From Octopus sinensis (lineage: Eukaryota), in contig NC_043006.1 in the NCBI RefSeq assembly GCF_006345805.1, forward strand, positions 27,962,001 through 28,026,000: a stretch of 64,000 nucleotides of DNA, written 5' to 3'. Below, piece after piece: positions 58,701-64,000 of this stretch. The notes under the pieces are model-generated. The model was not told the origin of the DNA and did no database searches. It saw only the letters and a program-made list of their open reading frames with translations. Position numbers and translations under genes: made by a program. The stretch's first letter is position 1. Every line of letters starts with the position of its first letter.

Positions 58701-60649
58701 AATATTAAAGTTATCTCCCTTGCTTTTTTAAATTTTTAATTTTAAACGCGAGGTTTTATCGGATTGGCAACTCTCACCCTCTCTTCAGTACCGTGTCGCA
58801 CCACTACAAGAAATGTGTTCTGTTCTGGTCCTTTCTCTCATACCTTAAACTCTCATCTCCTGGCATAAAGCTGTCTTCCTCTCCACTGTAGACCTACTTA
58901 GTCAAAGGGAGGGGATGTTGGTCTTGCAAGCTGTCCTCGCAGTGCTTGGTATTAGGAAGGGCATGCAACAATACTGGGGCACAAAGATGTACTCAGACCC
59001 ACTAAGTGCAGTCAAACATAGCTACTCACATTTTAGAAGAGAGGATGGAATGGGATCGGGGTGAAGCATGGGAGAAATAATAAATAAAGATCATGAGGTG
59101 TCTATGTGGATCCTCAAGTTATGAAGTGAGTAGAAGTGATTGGGAGAAGAACCGGGAAAGTGGGTGGATGGCGGATGCAAGTATGTATGGGAGAGTAAGA
59201 AATGGGTGAGAAGGTGAATACTGACAACTGAACTGTAGAGATTGGACAGGGTTGAAGGGTGGATGGGGTAGAATGACCAATGATGCATGAGGGCGGACAG
59301 AAAGAATAGTTTCAGTCTTCCCAAGACTGGAACTCCAATTACTTGAAGTTATCTAAAACACTTCCCAAATTTATAGACTACCATAAAGGTGAGGTAAACA
59401 ATATGGAGGCTGGTTTCACAACTGAGTTTTGGTTCCTGTCTGTAGCTATTTGATATCCAAAGGGATATCATAGAGACACAAACACTTTTTTTCTCCTTCC
59501 CTGAAATTCTGTCTCCATAAACTTGTGTTTCAGCAACTCACAGTTAATGCAAGTTGAAGAGCTATGAGTGAGAGATATCTGGAGTAAAATCCAGGTCCAC
59601 CATACTCTAATGCAAAATCATTAATGTTGGAACCTTTACATGGTCCTTTGATTTGCAAGTAACAACAGTCAGATTACTCTCAAACCATATACTATCAACT
59701 TGAAGGTAGGTGTCATATAATTTAGATAGTGGTTCTAATGTAGTGTCTGAAAATAAGATGGGATGGTCATGGCTGGAATGTCTTTGATTATAGGTTAAGC
59801 AAGTAGAAGGAAACTGCTATAAATAATAATCAATTTCCCTTAAATCACACTCTAATATAGAACAATATAGTTACAGATATACAAAGGCAGGATGGCTACT
59901 GTTGGTGCACCTTCGATCATAGGTATGATCAATCGGGGCTAACCTAGAGTTAGACAGCAACAACACGACTCCCTGAAGGCGTGTCTACCTGACAGAAACA
60001 GCAATCATGTTTCCCCTCAAACCAAACACTACCGTCTTTGAAAAAAGGGGCGTACATTGAACGATTTAGTTCTAGATGTGCAAATCAAAAGATCAGATAC
60101 GAACTAATGATTCTCTACGTTGTTTAGCCAACCACAAGTCAAAACTTGATCGAGCAGAGATATGATCAAAAACGTTCCAACCGTGATCATCATTGTCGGA
60201 TGTGTACTTTTTTTAAAAAGAAAGATGGTCGGAAGTGATCTGAAGGATATTTTTGGCTGCATTACTGTGACAGGTCGAGAGAACATGTGGCGGTTGCCGA
60301 CACCCACCTAAATAACAAGGGTCAAAAGGTCAGAGGAAGAAACTGATGCTAATAATAATTATGAAACGAATTAATCAAAGACAAACATCCAGACGTAAAT
60401 ATTGAGTAAATCAATAAAAACAACCCCAATCAAAACCTAAAACGACTTGCATAACTGATAGAACTTTGTAAATCGTCCTTGTATGTACAAACCTTCACTG
60501 TCGCCGGTCAAATATTGTAGGTCTAACACTTTGCTGGGTTCAACGGCAGTACTTAAGCATCTTAGTGTTGTACGTCTATCAAAGCATCTTTGGGGCCGAA
60601 ATTGTCTATTTCGATATAATATCGAACATATCAGTCGACAGTTATTCAT
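38740..60649 (-). CDS. AUH: Methylglutaconyl-CoA hydratase, mitochondrial (AUH): complement(join(38740..38817,42882..42929,45475..45525,49337..49524,52403..52459,53437..53616,55005..55092,55582..55649,60493..60649)), 304 aa
   Basis: Nine GT..AG exons in consistent phase give crotonase motifs: [73 protein letters not shown], and the C-terminus [24 protein letters not shown]. The Arg-rich N-terminus resembles a mitochondrial presequence. Confidence 0.96.
39458..40341 (+). mobile_element. Internally deleted Tc1/mariner element of DD37D (maT) type
   Basis: TA-flanked ends CAGGGTG...CACCCTG. Transposase remnant [11 protein letters not shown]...[15 protein letters not shown]...[12 protein letters not shown] has 37 residues between the last two Asp. 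Multiple stops. Confidence 0.85.
40345..42410. repeat. Tandem-plus-inverted array of a ~700-bp unit forming a ~2-kb imperfect palindrome
   Basis: The block GAGTGTACAAC..GGATGGGAGACAGACACAGAAGGTCCC..GTTATCAACCAGATGG occurs at ~40430 and ~41130 forward, and as reverse complement at ~41520 and ~42260. The centre is near 41338. Confidence 0.9.
42882..42929 (-). CDS. AUH: AUH exon 8
   Basis: 48 nt; [16 protein letters not shown]. Confidence 0.94.
43440..43860 (-). mobile_element. RTE-clade LINE fragment (endonuclease-RT linker)
   Basis: VWKLKDP...[13 protein letters not shown]...ICGWCK...[24 protein letters not shown]. Confidence 0.8.
44089..45374 (+). mobile_element. Full-length (1286 bp) mariner element with decayed transposase (44272-45299)
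   Basis: TIRs TTGGGTCATCCCATAAATAATGCGG / CCGAATTATTTATGGGATAACCCAA; left TA intact, right TA mutated to TG. Motifs include [26 protein letters not shown] and APSDYHLF, with several stops and frameshifts. Confidence 0.93.
45475..45525 (-). CDS. AUH: AUH exon 7
   Basis: 51 nt; [17 protein letters not shown]. Confidence 0.94.
46900..47880 (+). mobile_element. RTE-clade LINE 3' end (ORF C-terminus, 3' UTR, (GAT)n tail)
   Basis: [11 protein letters not shown]...[18 protein letters not shown] runs directly into the GAAGGGCATCCAGC..GCATGGAAA..GTTAAATGATGATGAT tail found in many short copies. Confidence 0.85.
49337..49524 (-). CDS. AUH: AUH exon 6
   Basis: 188 nt; [62 protein letters not shown]. 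Confidence 0.96.
49560..49786 (-). mobile_element. tRNA-type SINE, family C
   Basis: Minus strand GGGTTCAAATTCC...GTCGACTTTGCCTTTCATCCTTTCGGGGTCGATTAAATAAGTACC. A related copy lies at ~15985-16170(+). Confidence 0.65.
49790..52145 (-). mobile_element. Very AT-rich Penelope-like retroelement remnant: GIY-YIG endonuclease ORF end (~51960-50993), a diverged tandem copy (~835-bp offset) and an inverted 87-bp piece
   Basis: Minus translation WLIVPF / [26 protein letters not shown] / CTCRDK...[10 protein letters not shown] / [30 protein letters not shown]...[23 protein letters not shown]...KCKHK follows the motif order of PLE linker plus GIY-YIG domains. Confidence 0.8.
51335..51629 (-). mobile_element. 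Non-autonomous Helitron-like element (295 bp) nested in the Penelope-like ORF
   Basis: Minus strand A|TCTTTATATATAAAA...(TG)n...GCAACGCCAGGCGATACTG CTAG|T: 5' TC, 3' hairpin plus CTAG, A/T target, no TSD. Confidence 0.75.
52403..52459 (-). CDS. AUH: AUH exon 5
   Basis: 57 nt; (A)[18 protein letters not shown](G). Confidence 0.96.
53437..53616 (-). CDS. AUH: AUH exon 4
   Basis: 180 nt; [59 protein letters not shown]. Confidence 0.96.
55005..55092 (-). CDS. AUH: AUH exon 3
   Basis: 88 nt; [29 protein letters not shown](G). Confidence 0.95.
55582..55649 (-). CDS. AUH: AUH exon 2
   Basis: 68 nt; (G)[22 protein letters not shown]. Confidence 0.95.
60493..60649 (-). CDS. AUH: AUH exon 1 (targeting peptide)
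   Basis: [52 protein letters not shown](G), donor GAAG|gtttgt, phase 1. Confidence 0.85.
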
Positions 60650-61400
60650 GTTTTTGCTTTTTTATATTTTGTTTTGATCACAGGTTTCAATTAGAGAACA
60701 AACACATACACATGTCCAACAAGAATGAAAAAATTAAAGGTTATGGTTTGTAAAAAAACGGGCAGGATATCCGAGAAGCTATATGAGTGGAAATTAAATC
60801 GCTAATAACTTACAAAATGTTCGATATTTATATGAATAGCTTATAAATATATAACCTATATATATGGACATTTTATTTTCACAAATGAGAAATTTTTTAT
60901 CTAAAATAAAAAATATTTTATTAATAATCTCGGGTTCTTTTCACCATTGTTAATCCAATTTTTAATTATACTCGCTATAATGGCAGCTTCCAGGTTAGGG
61001 AGTTTATGTTCGCTGTATGTATTTGCCACTTTCTTTATTATTTGGTTTTAGGTTTAATCATTTTAAACTTTGAATCAAATCGATTATTGATTAGTTATAA
61101 TAATACCAATTGTTTTCAGGATGTCGAAATGTAGGACGAATTCTAGACATGTATGTACATGTCGTACCCTAACTACTTTAAGCACAACCCTTTTTATTAT
61201 TGTCTCGATTGCTTTATTGTTTAGTTTTATACCGTGTTTAAAATTAATTGTATTTAATAGTAGTGCCTTGATCCATTAGAAGTTTCAAGAATCCAAGGCT
61301 ACAATTCAGTCTGGTTTCCTTCTAAACCAGTTTTACTTAACCTAAGCGCCCTTGGGACGGTATGAATGTCATCACCTCCCCTAATCCTGTAAAAATCTCA

Positions 61401-61454
<54 letters not shown>

Positions 61455-62426
61455 TATTTTCTGATGTATGTAAATAATATATATCCACCATTCACTGTCA
61501 ATGATATTTGCAAATAGTTTTGTTTATGTAATCAATGACGTTTAACGTTTCATTTTGTTTGTATTTATTTGTTTTTATTGTCGTTTGTATTAGTGTTCCA
61601 TAGCTTATCTTATTCCCTTTTATTGCTTACACTTTCAAATGTTGCACAGTTAATATAAACAACTGAAAACATCCATAGTCACCAATATTCTTATCAGTTC
61701 TCATATGAATTAGCTAAGCCGCTCCATCTTGACGGCTCTTCAGGTTACTTTTGAGGTCAGAAAACAAATAATCTATGTTTCTAAAGCCTGCTTTCTTGAG
61801 TAATTTCATTTCAAGTCGATTAGCATGTCTCGCGGACACCTTGCTGCTCCTCTTTTATTGTGAAACCCAACGAAATACTTACAGATCAGCAGATAATGAA
61901 AGCCATATAGCTATGACACTAGTTCGATCTTTGTCAGATTCAGCGACTTGTGTTGCTTGGTGTGCACGCCGTGGATTGTTGAAGAATTTTCACAGATGTC
62001 CAGGGCGAAACTCTAAAATAAATCTAACATTTCCTCACTTTTTACTCGCTGTTCGTAGTGTGTGTTTTCTTGAAATGAATTGGACTGTCAGATTTTTTGC
62101 TGTTTGGACGAGAAGTTTGCTCCCCAATCCTATAACTTTGATTCTAGTTTCACTGTGTGATAAATTGGGCAAGTGTCTTTTACTATAGACCTGGGCTGAC
62201 CAAAGCTTTCATCATCACCACCATTTAGCATCTGTTTTCCATGCTGTCATGGGTTAGATGGTTTGACTGGAACTAGTAAGCCAGAGAGCTGCACCAGGCT
62301 CCAGTCTGATTTTGGCTTGGTTTCTACAGCTGGATGCCGTTCCTAATGCCAACCACTCCAAGAGTGTAGTGGGTTCCTTTCATATGTCAGCCTTGTAAGT
62401 GAATGTAGTAGATGGGAGCTGAAAGA

Positions 62427-62443
62427 AGTTTAATGTATGTGTA

Positions 62444-62507
<64 letters not shown>

Positions 62508-62861
62508 ATATATATATGTATATATGTATATATATGTATATATGTATGTATATATATATGTATGTATATATATATGTATATATGTATATATATATGTATA
62601 TATGTATGTATATATATATGTATATATGTATGTATATATATATGTATATATGTATGTATATATATATATGTATGTATATATATATATGTATGTATATATA
62701 TATATGTATGTATATATATATATGTATATATGTATGTATATATATATATATGTATGTATGTATGTATGTATATATATATATATGTATGTATATATATGTA
62801 TATATATATATATGTATGTATATATATATATATGTATGTATGTATGATATATATATATATA

Positions 62862-62901
<40 letters not shown>

Positions 62902-63201
62902 ATATATATATGTGTATGTATATATATGTATATTATATATATATATATATTATATATGTATGTATATATATATATGTATGTATATATGTATATATATATA
63001 TGTATGTATATATGTATGTATATATATATGTATGTATGTATATATGTATGTATATATGTAGTATATATATATGTATGTATATATGTATGTATATATATAT
63101 ATATGTATGTATATATGTATGTATATATATATGTATGTATGTATATATGTATGTATATATATATGTATGTATGTATATATGTATGTATATATATATGTAT
63201 G

Positions 63202-63234
<33 letters not shown>

Positions 63235-63343
63235 GTATATATATGTATGTATGTATATATATATGTATGTATATATATATATGTATGTATATATATATGT
63301 ATGTATGTATATATATGTATGTATGTATATATATGCATATTTG

Positions 63344-63375
<32 letters not shown>

Positions 63376-63454
63376 ATATGTATGTATATATATATGTATG
63401 TATATATATATGTATATATATGTATGTATATATATATGTATGTATATATGTATG

Positions 63455-63524
<70 letters not shown>

Positions 63525-63576
63525 TGTATGTATATATATATGTATGTATATATATATGTATGTATATATATATATG

Positions 63577-63607
<31 letters not shown>

Positions 63608-63612
63608 GCATA
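62427..63612. repeat. ~1.2-kb compound (TA)n/(TATG) microsatellite
   Basis: Read directly. Confidence 0.97.
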
Positions 63613-64000
63613 TTTGTGTCTCCTTGGTTTCACATCATACAGCATATGTAAAAAAAACCCAAAAAACCCATCATCATACAAATGATGCTATTTGTTTCCA
63701 ATCTTGGCCATAGGAAAATATTATCTTGCTTGGAAAAAGATGAGGATTGGTGACAGGAAAGGCATCCAGCTGTTGAAAATATGCCTCAAGAAATTTCATT
63801 CATGCAAGCATGGAAAAGTGGAAGTTAAAATGATAATAATGATGATGATGACAGTAAAGCCTGGCATACTATCTTTAAATTGATTTCAACTATTTCAAAA
63901 AAATCTTGTCCTCTAATCACATGAATTGATCAAAGACAAACATCCAGATGTAAATATTGAGTAAATCAATAAAAATTGTTAAACTCATGCTAGCATGGAA

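Overview
AT-rich, microsatellite- and repeat-dense animal genomic DNA. The repeat content and intron-rich genes suggest a cephalopod such as Octopus; this is inference. Two convergent spliced genes can be rebuilt by eye. (1) A CREB3/OASIS-family membrane-tethered bZIP factor on + (7 coding exons, 8497-26853, 602 aa; first coding exon not identified) with an unusual 8-aa repeat array in its ER-luminal tail. (2) A complete AUH methylglutaconyl-CoA hydratase on - (9 exons, 60649-38740, 304 aa). The rest is transposon debris: mariner and DD37D Tc1/mariner elements, RTE and CR1-like LINE pieces, tRNA-type SINEs, a non-autonomous Helitron, and Penelope-like (GIY-YIG) remnants. The most notable non-gene signal is a set of type I hammerhead-ribozyme folds. 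One has a fully canonical core (32795-32858, +). One has a compensatory G3:C8 core inside a foldback (8190-8240, -). Two are degenerate. Also notable are a hidden Penelope-like endonuclease ORF in an extremely AT-rich block and a ~2-kb tandem-plus-inverted palindrome inside AUH introns. All calls are from manual reading; no searches or folding programs were run.
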